A stretch of DNA of 32,000 nt. Origin: Ignicoccus hospitalis KIN4/I. GTDB lineage: Archaea; Thermoproteota; Thermoprotei_A; Sulfolobales; Ignicoccaceae. The stretch is taken from NCBI RefSeq assembly GCF_000017945.1, contig NC_009776.1, forward strand, positions 90,001-122,000. The letters run 5' to 3'. A program made the translations under genes and the position numbers. The notes beneath the pieces are model-generated. The model had not been told where the DNA came from, ran no database searches, and worked only from the letters and a program-made list of their open reading frames with translations. This document shows, one piece after another, positions 1-9,205 of the stretch (its first letter is position 1; each line of letters starts with the position of its first letter).

Positions 1-1
1 C

Positions 2-1390
2 AGCGTCGTCGTCTTGGCCGGCAGCTTGCTGGAAAAGGCCGAGCCCCTGCTCGACCAGAACATCCACCCCAGCATAATAATCGAAGGATACAAGAAGGCG
101 ATGGAGAAGGCTCTAGAGGAGCTCAGCAACATAGCCGTTAAGATAAACCCCAAGGACAAGGAGTATATGAGGAAGCTAGTATACACCACCCTCAGCAGCA
201 AGTTCGTCGGCCAGGAGGCCGAGGAGATAAGGAACAAGCTGCTAGACATGATAATCGAGGCCGCCTACACCGTGGCCGTCGAGCAGCCTGACGGCACTCT
301 GAGGATGAGCCTCGACGACATAAAGATAGAAAAGAAGAAGGGCGGAAGCTTGCTCGACAGCCAGCTGGTAAAGGGCATAGTGCTGGACAAGGAAGTGGTC
401 CACCCGGGCATGCCGAAGAGGGTGGAGAACGCGAAGATACTGGTCCTCGACGCCCCGCTGGAGGTCGAGAAGCCCGACATAACTGCCAAGATAAACATAA
501 CTGACCCCAGGCAGATAGAGGCGTTCTTGGAGGAGCAGACCAAGATACTCAAGGAGATGGTAGACAAGATCGCCGAGACCGGCGCCAACGTAGTGATAAC
601 TCAGAAGGGCATCGACGACGTCGCCGCTCACTTCTTGGCGAAGAAGGGCATAATGGCCGTTAGGAGGGTGAAGAGGAGCGACATAGAGAAGGTGGCCAAG
701 GCTACCGGAGCCAAGGTGGTGACCAGCATAAAGGACGTGAGCCCCGAGGTGTTGGGCGAGGCCAAGCTAGTGGAGGAGAGGAGGGTAGGCAAGGACAAGA
801 TGGTCTTCATCGAGGGCGCCAAGAACCCGAGGGCGGTCACCATACTGCTGAGGGGTGCCAGCGACATGGCGCTGGACGAGGCTGAGAGGAACATAACCGA
901 CGCTCTCCACGTGCTGAGGAACATATTCATGAAGCCCATGATAGTGGGCGGCGGAGGGGCGGTGGAGGTAGAGCTCGCCGAGCGCTTGAGGAAGTTCGCT
1001 TCCACCGTGGGCGGCAAGGAGCAGCTGGCGATAGAGGCTTACGCCGAGGCACTCGAAGAGATACCGGTAGTGTTGGCCGACACCGCGGGTATGGACACCC
1101 TCGAAGCGCTCATGGAACTGAGGAAGCTCCACAGGGAAGGCAAGATCTGGGCTGGCGTCAACGTAGTCGAGGGCAAGATAGAGGAGGACATGACCAAGCT
1201 CGGAGTAGTGGAGCCGGTGAGGGTGAGGGAGCAAGTGCTCAAGAGCGCCACCGAGGCAGCTAACGCCTTGCTGAAGATCGACGACGTGATTGCGGCCGCC
1301 CCGCCGAAGGAGGGCAAGAAGGGCAAGAAGGAAGAGGGCGGAGAGGAGGAAGAGGAAGGCGGCTCCAGCAAGTTCGGAAGCGAGTTCTAA
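2..1390 (+). CDS. ths: Thermosome (group II chaperonin) subunit, 5'-truncated by the window edge
   Basis: The reading frame is open from the window start. Motifs seen are [10 protein letters not shown] and [30 protein letters not shown], followed by the typical charged Gly/Lys/Glu tail ([17 protein letters not shown]). Stop is TAA at 1388-1390. Confidence 0.93.
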   Translation, partial: SVVVLAGSLLEKAEPLLDQNIHPSIIIEGYKKAMEKALEELSNIAVKINPKDKEYMRKLVYTTLSSKFVGQEAEEIRNKLLDMIIEAAYTVAVEQPDGTLRMSLDDIKIEKKKGGSLLDSQLVKGIVLDKEVVHPGMPKRVENAKILVLDAPLEVEKPDITAKINITDPRQIEAFLEEQTKILKEMVDKIAETGANVVITQKGIDDVAAHFLAKKGIMAVRRVKRSDIEKVAKATGAKVVTSIKDVSPEVLGEAKLVEERRVGKDKMVFIEGAKNPRAVTILLRGASDMALDEAERNITDALHVLRNIFMKPMIVGGGGAVEVELAERLRKFASTVGGKEQLAIEAYAEALEEIPVVLADTAGMDTLEALMELRKLHREGKIWAGVNVVEGKIEEDMTKLGVVEPVRVREQVLKSATEAANALLKIDDVIAAAPPKEGKKGKKEEGGEEEEEGGSSKFGSEF

Positions 1391-1392
1391 GG

Positions 1393-1404
1393 CCTTTTTT
1401 AGTT
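1393..1404 (+). terminator. Oligo-T archaeal terminator after the thermosome gene
   Basis: A T6 run at 1395-1400 followed by AGTTT lies 5 nt after the stop codon. Confidence 0.5.
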
Positions 1405-1437
1405 TCTCGCTCTCCCGCGCCCCGGAGCTCGAACTTG

Positions 1438-2253
1438 ATGAAGTGGAGAGAAGAGTGCGTCCGGTGCCTGCTCGACGCCCGCATTTACGATTCCTTTAAG
1501 GGCGGCGCCACCGACAAGGAGCTCCAGTTCATCCTGAGTGCCACGGTAGGTTCCATGCAACTCCCGAAGAGTAAGGCCTTCCGCTTCTCGTGGAAGGCCT
1601 TAAAGTCCGTCGTAGGTAACGTGTATGCTCTAGAAAAGAAGAGGCTCCTCGAAGAAACGCTCTCAAGGGAGCTCAAGGTACCTCAAACGTTCGAGGAGGC
1701 CCTCCGCATGGCGACGTTGGGCAACTTGTACGACACCGCGGTAGGCGGGGAGTACAGGCTAGGGAAGGTGAAGTACGGGACCTTGGTGACGGAGGGCGCG
1801 GAAGTGCTCCTCAACCCGGCCGGCACCTTGGTATACGCGGTGGACAACCTCCCGGAGCTGCCTTACGACATAATGGTTGCCAAGTACTTCAAGTACATGG
1901 GGTGGGACGTAATACTGGTGGCCCGGGAAGAAGATTACGAGATAGACGCCACCTACCCCGAGCTGGCGGAGGTGGCCCAGCTTCTGGGCTGGGACGGCAA
2001 GCTAGACTCCTTGCCCGGGGACTGCACGATCTTCGACCCTTGTGAAGACGCCAAGAGGCTGAGGAGGGAGTCCGACCTAGTGTTCGCCAAGGGCTTGCTC
2101 AACGCGGACGCTTACGTTGATTACAAGCCCTCCGAGCCGGCGGTGCTGGCTTACGCGGCCAAGTGTAAGCCGTTGGCCGAGGCTGTGGGGGCGGAGATAG
2201 GCGACGGTGTGGTGGTTTTAGGAGAAGTGCTCTTGAGGTCCTTTAGGAGGTGA
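1438..2253 (+). CDS. DUF89-family protein (damage-control phosphatase / ARMT1-like)
   Basis: N-terminal ECVRCLL, a DN-x-x-E-x-x-x-D-like AVDNLPELPYD and FAKGLLN, at about 270 aa. ATG at 1438 is preferred over the TTG at 1435 used by the ORF track. Confidence 0.5.
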   Translation: MKWREECVRCLLDARIYDSFKGGATDKELQFILSATVGSMQLPKSKAFRFSWKALKSVVGNVYALEKKRLLEETLSRELKVPQTFEEALRMATLGNLYDTAVGGEYRLGKVKYGTLVTEGAEVLLNPAGTLVYAVDNLPELPYDIMVAKYFKYMGWDVILVAREEDYEIDATYPELAEVAQLLGWDGKLDSLPGDCTIFDPCEDAKRLRRESDLVFAKGLLNADAYVDYKPSEPAVLAYAAKCKPLAEAVGAEIGDGVVVLGEVLLRSFRR

Positions 2254-2256
2254 ACT

Positions 2257-3321
2257 TTGAGAGTAGCTATAGTGAGCTCCTACCCTCCCATGCCTTGCGG
2301 CATCGGAATATACTCCCGCGACTTGGCGCGCGCGCTGGCGAAGCGAGGCCACGAGGTCGTCGTTATCGCTACCGAGTACGCAGACGCCCCGCGGGAGGAA
2401 GGCGACAACCCCCGAGTCTTGAGGGCTTGGACCCGCGGAGGGGAGAGGTTCCACTACCAGATCTTGGAGGCGCTCGAGAGGGAGGGCCCCTTCGACGTCA
2501 TAGAGTTTCAATACGAGTACGGCTTGTGGCCGGTAATTCCTCTGGACTCCAGGGGGATCTGGCTGCTGAGGAACGCCAAGGCTTACGGTTCGGTGGTCGC
2601 TACTCTCCACACCGTCCGCTTCTCCCCGGACCCATGGTGGAGGAGGCTGCACGAGGAGCTGCTAAAGACCAGCGACGCTATAATAGTACACCACTTCATG
2701 ATGGAAAACGCCTTGTATAGGATGTTAGGCAAACTGAAGAAGACCTTTATCGTCCCCCACGGTAGCGCCTCCTTACCGGGGGAGAAGAGGGAACTGGGCT
2801 ACGAGAGGCCCGTCTACTTGCTCTACGGCCTATTGAGGAAGGACAAGGGGCTGGAGGTGGCGGTTAAGGCCTATGAACTCGTGGGCAAGGGGACCTTGCT
2901 GTTGGCAGGCAAGCCCCTCTCCGAAGCAGACGAGGAGTTGGTCAAGAGGGCGGAGGAGCTGGGGGCGGCGCGCGTTCAAGGCTTCTTGAGCGACGAGCTG
3001 TTAGGAACCCTCATAAAGTCTTCAGATTTCGTCTTGCTGCCCTACGAAGACTTGCCGAACGACTTCGGGGTCTCGGGTGCCTTCCACACGACCGTAGCTA
3101 CCGGAGGGTACCCGCTGTGCTCGAGGGTCCAGAGGTTGGCGGAGTGCTGGGAGAGGGCGCCGGAGCTGACCTTCAGGCCGGGAGACGAGGCTGCCTTGGC
3201 AGCCCTCATGAAGGCCCCCAAGCTCCCGGACGCTTGGGGGAGGCTCCAGAGCTTCGCCCGTCAGACCTCTTGGGACAACGTCGCCAAGCTCAGGGAGAGG
3301 ATCTACTCCTTGTTAATGTAG
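2257..3321 (+). CDS. Glycosyltransferase, GT4 / group 1 family
   Basis: N-terminus MRVAIVSSYPPMPCGIGIYSRDLARALAKRGHEV is typical of GT-B group 1 enzymes, and the length is 354 aa. TTG start is preceded by AGGAGG (2245-2250). Confidence 0.75.
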   Translation: MRVAIVSSYPPMPCGIGIYSRDLARALAKRGHEVVVIATEYADAPREEGDNPRVLRAWTRGGERFHYQILEALEREGPFDVIEFQYEYGLWPVIPLDSRGIWLLRNAKAYGSVVATLHTVRFSPDPWWRRLHEELLKTSDAIIVHHFMMENALYRMLGKLKKTFIVPHGSASLPGEKRELGYERPVYLLYGLLRKDKGLEVAVKAYELVGKGTLLLAGKPLSEADEELVKRAEELGAARVQGFLSDELLGTLIKSSDFVLLPYEDLPNDFGVSGAFHTTVATGGYPLCSRVQRLAECWERAPELTFRPGDEAALAALMKAPKLPDAWGRLQSFARQTSWDNVAKLRERIYSLLM

Positions 3322-3719
3322 ACAGCTATTAAGAACGGCGTCAATGCGTAGACCACCTTCTTACCCTTTTCAGTCAAGACGTAAGCGCCCCTCTTGCCCT
3401 CCACCTCTACCTTCTCAACCAAGCCCAACTCCCGAAGCTCCTTCAACTTGTCCGAAAGCACTCTGGAAGATATTCCCAACGTGTTCTTGAGCTCGTTAAA
3501 GCTCATTTCCCTCTTGAGCGCTAACGCATAGAGGATCTCCGGTATCCACTTCGCCGACACCGCGCTTACGAAGGGCCTTATCTCCTCTATTCTCTTCTTG
3601 ACCTCGTTTAGGTCTATGTCCTCCTTTTGTAAGCTTTCGTCTATGCTCTCGAGCTCCGACAAGCAGCGTTTGACCAGCTCTAACACTTCGCGCGCGGGGC
3701 CCTCGGCCCTTACCACCAC
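3303..3719 (-). CDS. HxlR-type winged-helix transcriptional regulator with an N-terminal coiled extension of about 45 aa
   Basis: Contains KWIPEILYALALKREMSFNELKNTLGISSRVLSDKLKELRELGLVEK followed by a wing (GKRGAYVLTEKGKK). GTG start overlaps the upstream M24 stop by 10 nt. Confidence 0.75.
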   Translation of the reverse strand: MVVRAEGPAREVLELVKRCLSELESIDESLQKEDIDLNEVKKRIEEIRPFVSAVSAKWIPEILYALALKREMSFNELKNTLGISSRVLSDKLKELRELGLVEKVEVEGKRGAYVLTEKGKKVVYALTPFLIAVYINKE

Positions 3720-4735
3720 ATCACCGGTGTGGAATTCAGCACTATAGGATTATAATCCACGTAAACGAGCTGTTCCACCCTGACCCCGCCTTGACCCTTG
3801 AAGTATACCCCCGGCTCCACGGTGACCACTGCCCCCTTGGACACTACGTCCTCCGAGGAGGGCGAGAGGAACGGAGGCTCGTGTATGTCCGCCCCCACCC
3901 CGTGGCCCAAGCCGTGGACGAAGGCCTTCTCGAAGCCGTACTCCGCCAGCACCTCTCGCGCGGCCGCGTCGACGTCCTTGCCCCTCGCCCCGGGCTTCAA
4001 GGCCTTAAGCGCGGCGTTAACCGCTTCCAGCACCGCGTGGTACCAAGAGGCGTAGGGCTCCTTGTCCGGTACGTAGGTTCTCGTTATGTCGCTCCGGAAC
4101 CCTCCGTAAACGGCCCCGAAGTCGAAGAGCGCCACGCTCCCGAAGCTGAGCTGGGCCTCGCCGGGGACAGCGTGGGGCTTGGAGGAGTTGGGCCCGAAGG
4201 CCACTATCGTGGGGAACGCGAACTCTTGCGCCCCGAACTCCCTCATGTGGGCCTCCAAGGCGCCCGCGGCGGCCAGCTCGGTTGTGCCCTCTTCTAACTC
4301 CTTCCAAGTCTCTAGGAAGGCCCTCTCCGCTATTTCCAGAGCCTTCTTTATTCTCGATAGTTCCTCCTCGTCCTTACTCATCCTAGCCCTCCTGACGGTC
4401 TTGGACGCGTCCCCTGCGCCGAGTTCAGTCATCAAGGTTATTGCAGTTCTGAAGTTGAGGTAGGAGAGGTCGGCGAAGAAGGGTCCATTGCACAGCTCGA
4501 GGGCCTTCTTCCACAGGGCCCCTCTCGGCCCCTTCACCACGTTTAGCCAGTCCACGACCTCTAGGGCCCTTTCATACTCCAGCTCCGGGACGATCAAGTA
4601 GTCTTCGTCCTTCCCCATTAGGACTATGCCCGCGTCGAAGCCGGTCAGCCAGCGCACGTTAGAAGGGTGGAGGATGAGGGTGCAATCTAAAAACAGCTCC
4701 CTCTTGCGGGAGTAACTCCTTTTCGAGGAGGCCAC
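3710..4735 (-). CDS. M24-family Xaa-Pro aminopeptidase / prolidase
   Basis: Pita-bread fold motifs are present: FDFGAVYGGFRSDITRT, HGLGHGVGADIHEPP and VVTVEPGVY. GTG start. Confidence 0.85.
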   Translation of the reverse strand: MASSKRSYSRKRELFLDCTLILHPSNVRWLTGFDAGIVLMGKDEDYLIVPELEYERALEVVDWLNVVKGPRGALWKKALELCNGPFFADLSYLNFRTAITLMTELGAGDASKTVRRARMSKDEEELSRIKKALEIAERAFLETWKELEEGTTELAAAGALEAHMREFGAQEFAFPTIVAFGPNSSKPHAVPGEAQLSFGSVALFDFGAVYGGFRSDITRTYVPDKEPYASWYHAVLEAVNAALKALKPGARGKDVDAAAREVLAEYGFEKAFVHGLGHGVGADIHEPPFLSPSSEDVVSKGAVVTVEPGVYFKGQGGVRVEQLVYVDYNPIVLNSTPVMWW

Positions 4736-4753
4736 CCGAGCGGGTGAAGGAAC

Positions 4754-5290
4754 TTAAGCTTTAGAACCTTCCTCGGAGGCGACCGCCAAGCTCTCCTCGA
4801 GCCTCTTCTGCGCTATCAGCTGAGCCTCCTTCAGTATCTTCTCAGCCTCGTGGTCCAAGAAGACGTCCACGTAAGCGCCTCCCACCAGCTCCTCCTCCGC
4901 GAGCTCGTCAACGGTCTCTATCAAGTCGTTCATCTCTTCCTCTATCTCCGGTAGTAGCCTCCTCACCGGCGCCGCGAGCGCCTTTATCTCGTTCACCACC
5001 GGCTTGAGCGCGGCGCCCGCGTCGCCTAACATCAGCACGCTCTGGAGCTTCAGCTCGGTGTGCTCCAGCTTGACGTCCAGCGCCGCTATGCTCTCTACGA
5101 ACTTCCTCAGCTTCGCCACCTCGCTGGCGTAGACCTTAGCTCTGAGCTCGTCGCCGTTCTTCTGCGCTTCGACGAGCTTTTCCATCAGTTCCCTTTCCTT
5201 CGCCTTAGCTTTATACAAGTAGGCCTCCAGCCTCCTCCGAGTTCGGTGGGTCTTCCTTAAGGCCTCCACTACCTTAACCCTCAGGCCCAC
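4754..5290 (-). CDS. ESCRT-III / Snf7-like coiled-coil protein (CdvB-paralog-like)
   Basis: 178 aa with a basic N-terminal helix (RKTHRTRRRLEAYLYKAKAKERE), a long helical hairpin, a central MLGDAGAALKP segment and an acidic C-terminal half (EIEEEMNDLIETVDELAEEE). The call rests on pattern similarity only. Confidence 0.45.
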   Translation of the reverse strand: MGLRVKVVEALRKTHRTRRRLEAYLYKAKAKERELMEKLVEAQKNGDELRAKVYASEVAKLRKFVESIAALDVKLEHTELKLQSVLMLGDAGAALKPVVNEIKALAAPVRRLLPEIEEEMNDLIETVDELAEEELVGGAYVDVFLDHEAEKILKEAQLIAQKRLEESLAVASEEGSKA

Positions 5291-5360
5291 TGGGACTCCC
5301 CGGTGAACCGTTAGAGGGGACGCGAGGTTACCGGAGGGACGTCTCAGTAAGATAACAATA

Positions 5361-6416
5361 TTACGGAGGGGGGAGGGGCTTGCCCATCGACCAAGCCACT
5401 AAGTACCCTATTCTGTGCACTCGGAAACCGCCCCTCAGCAGCAAGGAGTAGGTCAAGAGCATCGACTTACACTTCGCGCAAGCCGTCGCTACTATTTCTA
5501 CTCCCTTGAACTGTTCGACCTTCTTCCGGCCCACCGCCTCCACGGCCCTCCTCTTCCACGCCTCCGAGAGCGAAACCCCTCCGCCGCCCCCGCAGCAGAG
5601 TTGGTCTCGCCCTCCCGGCTCCCTCTCCTCGTAGTTCTCACTAATGATCTTCAATATCTTCCTCGGGGGTTCGGTCAAGAAGTTGTAACGCGAGAGCCCG
5701 CACGGGTCATGGTAGGAGGTCTTCCACGGGACCTTCCTAACCACGTGCCTCGGCCTCAACTTCTTTGAAATCAAATTTACTGCCATCTCTACCCTCAAGT
5801 CGTGTTTTATCTTTAAGTAACTCGTGACCCTCGGCCAGACCTTGTAGTCCGCGCCGCACTCGCTCAGTAGGAGCCCCTTGACCCCCAACGCCTTTGCTAC
5901 TTTTATTATCTTAATTGCCTTCTTTTTGAAGTACTGGGGATCAGCATAATCGAAGTAGAAGTTTCCGAAGCCCTCCGGAACCTCGGTAGATAAGGTGAAG
6001 TCTACCCCGAGCTCCCTCAACGTCCATAGGAGCGCGAGGAAGTCGTTCCGCGAGGTGGGTAAGGGGTCGAAGCCCCCGGGGAGGACGAGCCACTCCGCCC
6101 TCTCGTCCAGAGGGAAGCCCTTCAGCGCGCCCCAATCCATCTTGATCCCGAAGGTAGAACCCTTCTCCTCTACCCTTTCCCTCAACTTCTTTAGGTCGTT
6201 AGGTATTAACCCCTTAACCTTCCTCTCGAACGTTGCCTTATGAGTAGGCACTTTCAGCGGGCACCCCAAGACGCAGTTGCCGCACATGGTACAGCTCTCT
6301 ACGGCCTCCCTAATCCCCAAGTTCCTCTGCGAGGGTTTGAAGACCGGGTACCAAGGGCACCGCGAGGCGCACAGGTCGCAGGCTACGCAAGAGTTGGAGA
6401 GGAGCTCGTATAACAT
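5361..6416 (-). CDS. HdrD/GlpC/GlcF-like Fe-S oxidoreductase (2x[4Fe-4S] plus CCG domains)
   Basis: Contains CVACDLCASRCP and CTMCGNCVLGCP ferredoxin motifs, plus the C-terminal CCG-domain signature LCCGGGGG...CAKCKS. ATG start. Confidence 0.8.
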   Translation of the reverse strand: MLYELLSNSCVACDLCASRCPWYPVFKPSQRNLGIREAVESCTMCGNCVLGCPLKVPTHKATFERKVKGLIPNDLKKLRERVEEKGSTFGIKMDWGALKGFPLDERAEWLVLPGGFDPLPTSRNDFLALLWTLRELGVDFTLSTEVPEGFGNFYFDYADPQYFKKKAIKIIKVAKALGVKGLLLSECGADYKVWPRVTSYLKIKHDLRVEMAVNLISKKLRPRHVVRKVPWKTSYHDPCGLSRYNFLTEPPRKILKIISENYEEREPGGRDQLCCGGGGGVSLSEAWKRRAVEAVGRKKVEQFKGVEIVATACAKCKSMLLTYSLLLRGGFRVHRIGYLVAWSMGKPLPPP

Positions 6417-6487
6417 TTCCCGTCGGTCAGCCGTCCGCTCAAACCATTATAACTGTAAGCCGGAACTCCGGCCCCGGGGACGAGAGG

Positions 6488-6697
6488 GTGCCGCGTAAGA
6501 GGAAGCTCTACAAGATACTGACGCCGGAGCCCAGGTCCAAGTTCTTGAAGGTTAGGTGTCCCACGTGTCACAACGAACAGATAGTGTTCAGCCACGCGAC
6601 CTACCCGGCCACCTGCCTCATGTGCGGGACCCCCTTGGTCAGGCCCAGGGGAGGGAAGGCTGAAATACTGGGAGAGATCGTCAGGATACTCGACTGA
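6488..6697 (+). CDS. rps27e: 30S ribosomal protein S27e
   Basis: Zinc ribbon KVRCPTCHNEQIVFSHATYPATCLMCG and C-terminus RPRGGKAEILGEIVRILD, 69 aa. GTG start. Confidence 0.93.
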   Translation: MPRKRKLYKILTPEPRSKFLKVRCPTCHNEQIVFSHATYPATCLMCGTPLVRPRGGKAEILGEIVRILD

Positions 6698-6702
6698 ACG
6701 CG

Positions 6703-6712
6703 TTTTTTGTTT
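6703..6712 (+). terminator. Oligo-T terminator after rps27e
   Basis: TTTTTTGTTT begins 6 nt after the TGA stop. Confidence 0.5.
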
Positions 6713-6732
6713 ACCGCTTGCATAGCCCTACC

Positions 6733-6746
6733 CTAATATTTAATAC
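6733..6746 (+). promoter_or_regulatory. TATA-like box for thiC
   Basis: CTAATATTTAATAC is centred about 40 nt upstream of the thiC ATG at 6780. Confidence 0.45.
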
Positions 6747-6779
6747 CCAATGGTCTGTGTGGACTAAAGGTCCCACGCC

Positions 6780-8099
6780 ATGACTATCTACAAAGACGCA
6801 CGCAACGGGAGGATCACAGAAGAGATGAAGAAGATTGCCGAAGTGGAGGGGGTAGACCCGGAGTTCGTGAGGAGGGGTCTAGCGGCGGGGCGAATAGTGC
6901 TCCTTAGGAACCTCAAGAGGGCTGACAGAGTAAAGACCGTGGCCGTTGGGGAGGGAATGTTAACCAAAGTCAACGCTAACATAGGCACGAGCAACACTCT
7001 AATAGACGTAAATATGGAGGTCGAGAAGGCGAAGATAGCTAAGAAGTACGGAGCGGACACAGTGATGGACCTGTCCACCGGCGGGAACTTGGACGTCATA
7101 AGGAGGAAGATCATGGAAGCGGCCGAACCCCTCCCCCTGGGCACAGTACCCATATACCAAGCCTTCATGGACGTGGCTACTCGCAAGGGAGCGGGACTCT
7201 ACATGACTGAGGACGACATACTGAACACTATAGAGAAGCACCTTAAGGACGGAGTAGACTTCATGACCCTTCACGCCGCCTTGACGAGGGATCTGGCGGC
7301 GAAGGCCGTTAAGAGCGACCGAGCGGAGCCCATAGTGAGCAGAGGGGGCTCGATACTAGCTGCTTGGATGCTCGAACACGGGAAGGAGAACCCGCTCCTC
7401 TCTAACTTCGACTACATCCTAGAGATGTTTAAGGAGTACGACGCGGTCATCAGCTTGGGCGACAGCCTGAGGCCCGGCGCCCTCGAGGACGCCCACGACG
7501 AGTACCACTTGAGCGAGCTCATGGTAAACGCGAGGCTGGTGAAGAGGGCTCGAGAGGCCGGGGTACAAGTTATGCTGGAGGGGCCGGGCCACGTGCCCTT
7601 GGACAGGGTGGTGGCTGACGTAAAGCTCGCGAAGAGGCTTACTGAGGGCGCGCCCTATTACATCCTTGGCCCCCTCGTAACCGACATAGCTGCCGGCTAC
7701 GACCACATAGCGGGCGCGATCGGAGGGGCCATAGCTGCGGCCCACGGAGCGGACTTCTTGTGTTACGTGACCCCCGCGGAGCACTTGAACTTGCCCAACC
7801 CAGAACAAGTTAGGGAAGGCGTGATAGCCTTCAGAATAGCCGCCCACGCGGCCGACATAGTGAAGTACCCGGACAGGGCGATGAAGGTTGACATAGAGAT
7901 GGGGAGGTGCAGAGGGAGGCTGGACTGGGAGTGTATGATAAGGCTCTCCCTCGACCCGGACAAGGCGAGGGAGATAAGGAACCAGTACGGCCCTACCTCC
8001 ATAAAGAGCTGCAACATGTGCGGAAGCTTATGCGTCTTCCTGCTGTTGGACAAGTGGAGGAGGAAGAAGGACGAAGAGCTTCACGCCCCCCTCGCGTGA
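6780..8099 (+). CDS. thiC: Phosphomethylpyrimidine synthase (thiamine pyrimidine moiety, radical SAM)
   Basis: Shows ThiC-like sequence along its whole length: TVPIYQA, LGDSLRPG, EGPGHVP, GPLVTDIAAGYDHI and the C-terminal Cys cluster CNMCGSLC. Confidence 0.93.
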   Translation: MTIYKDARNGRITEEMKKIAEVEGVDPEFVRRGLAAGRIVLLRNLKRADRVKTVAVGEGMLTKVNANIGTSNTLIDVNMEVEKAKIAKKYGADTVMDLSTGGNLDVIRRKIMEAAEPLPLGTVPIYQAFMDVATRKGAGLYMTEDDILNTIEKHLKDGVDFMTLHAALTRDLAAKAVKSDRAEPIVSRGGSILAAWMLEHGKENPLLSNFDYILEMFKEYDAVISLGDSLRPGALEDAHDEYHLSELMVNARLVKRAREAGVQVMLEGPGHVPLDRVVADVKLAKRLTEGAPYYILGPLVTDIAAGYDHIAGAIGGAIAAAHGADFLCYVTPAEHLNLPNPEQVREGVIAFRIAAHAADIVKYPDRAMKVDIEMGRCRGRLDWECMIRLSLDPDKAREIRNQYGPTSIKSCNMCGSLCVFLLLDKWRRKKDEELHAPLA

Positions 8100-9205
8100 A
8101 GGTTTTCCACCATCTCGCTTAACCTCCTTAAGGCTCGGAGCCTCTCCTTCTCCCCCACCTTAGCCCTCGCCACTACCTCTTCCAATATCTTGATCACCTC
8201 GTCCGCGGTCTTAACGTCGTACGGGTACGGGACCCCGTCCTTCCCCCCTACGGCGTAAGAGTACAAGAACGGGTCCAGGGGCACGGTCACGGGGTCTTCG
8301 AAGGAGGGCGCGGCGCCGTATATGAGGTGGCTTATGAGCGCCAAGGCCCTCATGACCTTGGGCCCGGCCCCGGGGGCCACTAGCAGCTCTTCCCTCCTCT
8401 TGGGGCGAAACTCGTAGAGGTCCGCCAAAGCCCTCTCCAACTGAGGGCTGGGCCTGACCGGGTAGTAGAACTTCAGCTGGGGCCCCCTCAGTACCTCTCC
8501 CCTCAAGTTCCTCTGCCCCTTCAACGCAGCCGTGGCGGACTTGAGTAACGATAGGACCCTCTTAGGCCCCTCATCAATTATATCTAAGGATATATCAATG
8601 GTTTTTATGGACGCTTTGGAAGTCAAGTCCAGCGCCTCCCCCCTCCTCCCCGCCACCGCGGAGTGCGGGACCTCCCAAGGGGCGTTGAGGTGGTTTAGCT
8701 GGTACCTCCGGGCCAGCGCGAGCTCCTCGTTCATCCCTTGCTGGACCACGGTCCAAGCGCGCTCGCTCACGATCAAGGAGTGAATGTAGACTTCGTAGCC
8801 GTCTTGTAGCAAGGCCGAGTCCAGCCTGGCTGAGGCCTTGGAAACCCTCCTCAGCTCCTCCGGGTCAACGTTTAACCTCTTGGCGGCGACCTCTGCCTCC
8901 TCCTTAACCTTTAACATTTTCTTACCCTTACCGCCTAAGACCAAGAAGCCGAGGTCCTCCTTCCAACTGATCTCTTTGAGTACGCCGAGAACTACCGTAG
9001 TCGATCCGGAGGAGTCCCAGTCCATCCCTATGACGTTGTTGAACGCTTGGAACCAGAAAGGGTCTGAGAGCCTATATACGAGCTCGTCGGGACCCCACTC
9101 CTCTACCATAACTTCCACTATAGCTTTAGCTAACCCCTTCATCCTAACTAGGAGGTGGGGAGGGACCTTGCCCCCGTGGAGGGGGAGTTCGCTCCACGAG
9201 ACCAT
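8081..9205 (-). CDS. DUF763-family protein
   Basis: N-terminal LPLHGGKVPPHL and LSDPFWFQAFNNVIGMDWDSSGSTT match my memory of the DUF763 signature. The ATG overlaps the pstB stop (TAATG). Confidence 0.6.
   Translation of the reverse strand: MVSWSELPLHGGKVPPHLLVRMKGLAKAIVEVMVEEWGPDELVYRLSDPFWFQAFNNVIGMDWDSSGSTTVVLGVLKEISWKEDLGFLVLGGKGKKMLKVKEEAEVAAKRLNVDPEELRRVSKASARLDSALLQDGYEVYIHSLIVSERAWTVVQQGMNEELALARRYQLNHLNAPWEVPHSAVAGRRGEALDLTSKASIKTIDISLDIIDEGPKRVLSLLKSATAALKGQRNLRGEVLRGPQLKFYYPVRPSPQLERALADLYEFRPKRREELLVAPGAGPKVMRALALISHLIYGAAPSFEDPVTVPLDPFLYSYAVGGKDGVPYPYDVKTADEVIKILEEVVARAKVGEKERLRALRRLSEMVENLHARGA

Noticed and set aside
1300-1378. Purine-rich low-complexity repeat (GGCAAGAAGGGCAAGAAGGAAGAGGGCGGAGAGGAGGAAGAGGAAGG).
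   Set aside because: It encodes the normal flexible Gly/Lys/Glu C-terminal tail of a thermosome subunit and is not an independent repeat element.
242-1484. Several long minus-strand ORFs (242-631, 265-588, 628-1017, 767-1234, 1039-1371, 1260-1484) lie opposite the thermosome gene.
   Set aside because: Their products are Ser/Leu/Arg-rich and of low complexity, which is typical of shadow frames in a codon-biased, fairly GC-rich gene. The plus frame carries unmistakable chaperonin motifs. The same reasoning applies to the other antisense or out-of-frame track ORFs, for example 2218-2652, 2250-2720, 3791-4297, 5415-5768, 6788-7186, 7419-7847, 8838-9254, 10443-10871, 12077-12493, 22152-22745, 24210-24680, 25283-25537, 26078-26464 and 30437-30790.
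6459-6472. Palindrome GCCGGAACTCCGGC between the rps27e TATA-like box and its GTG start.
   Set aside because: It is a 6-bp arm with a 2-nt centre, too short to form an RNA hairpin. It is a GC-rich palindrome of a size expected by chance in this composition.
6417-6697. rps27e stands alone instead of in the usual archaeal rpl44e-rps27e(-eif2a-nop10) neighbourhood.
   Set aside because: The observation is real, but gene-order scrambling is common in highly compacted crenarchaeal genomes. The upstream plus strand is fully covered by the opposite-strand Fe-S gene, so there is no hidden L44e ORF.
6698-6779. Possible TPP (THI-box) riboswitch upstream of thiC.
   Set aside because: The spacer has no CTGAGA element and no other THI-box core element. 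It is only 82 nt long and is already accounted for by an oligo-T terminator and a TATA box. The small TGGAC/GTCC stem at 6760-6773 is imperfect (4 bp).
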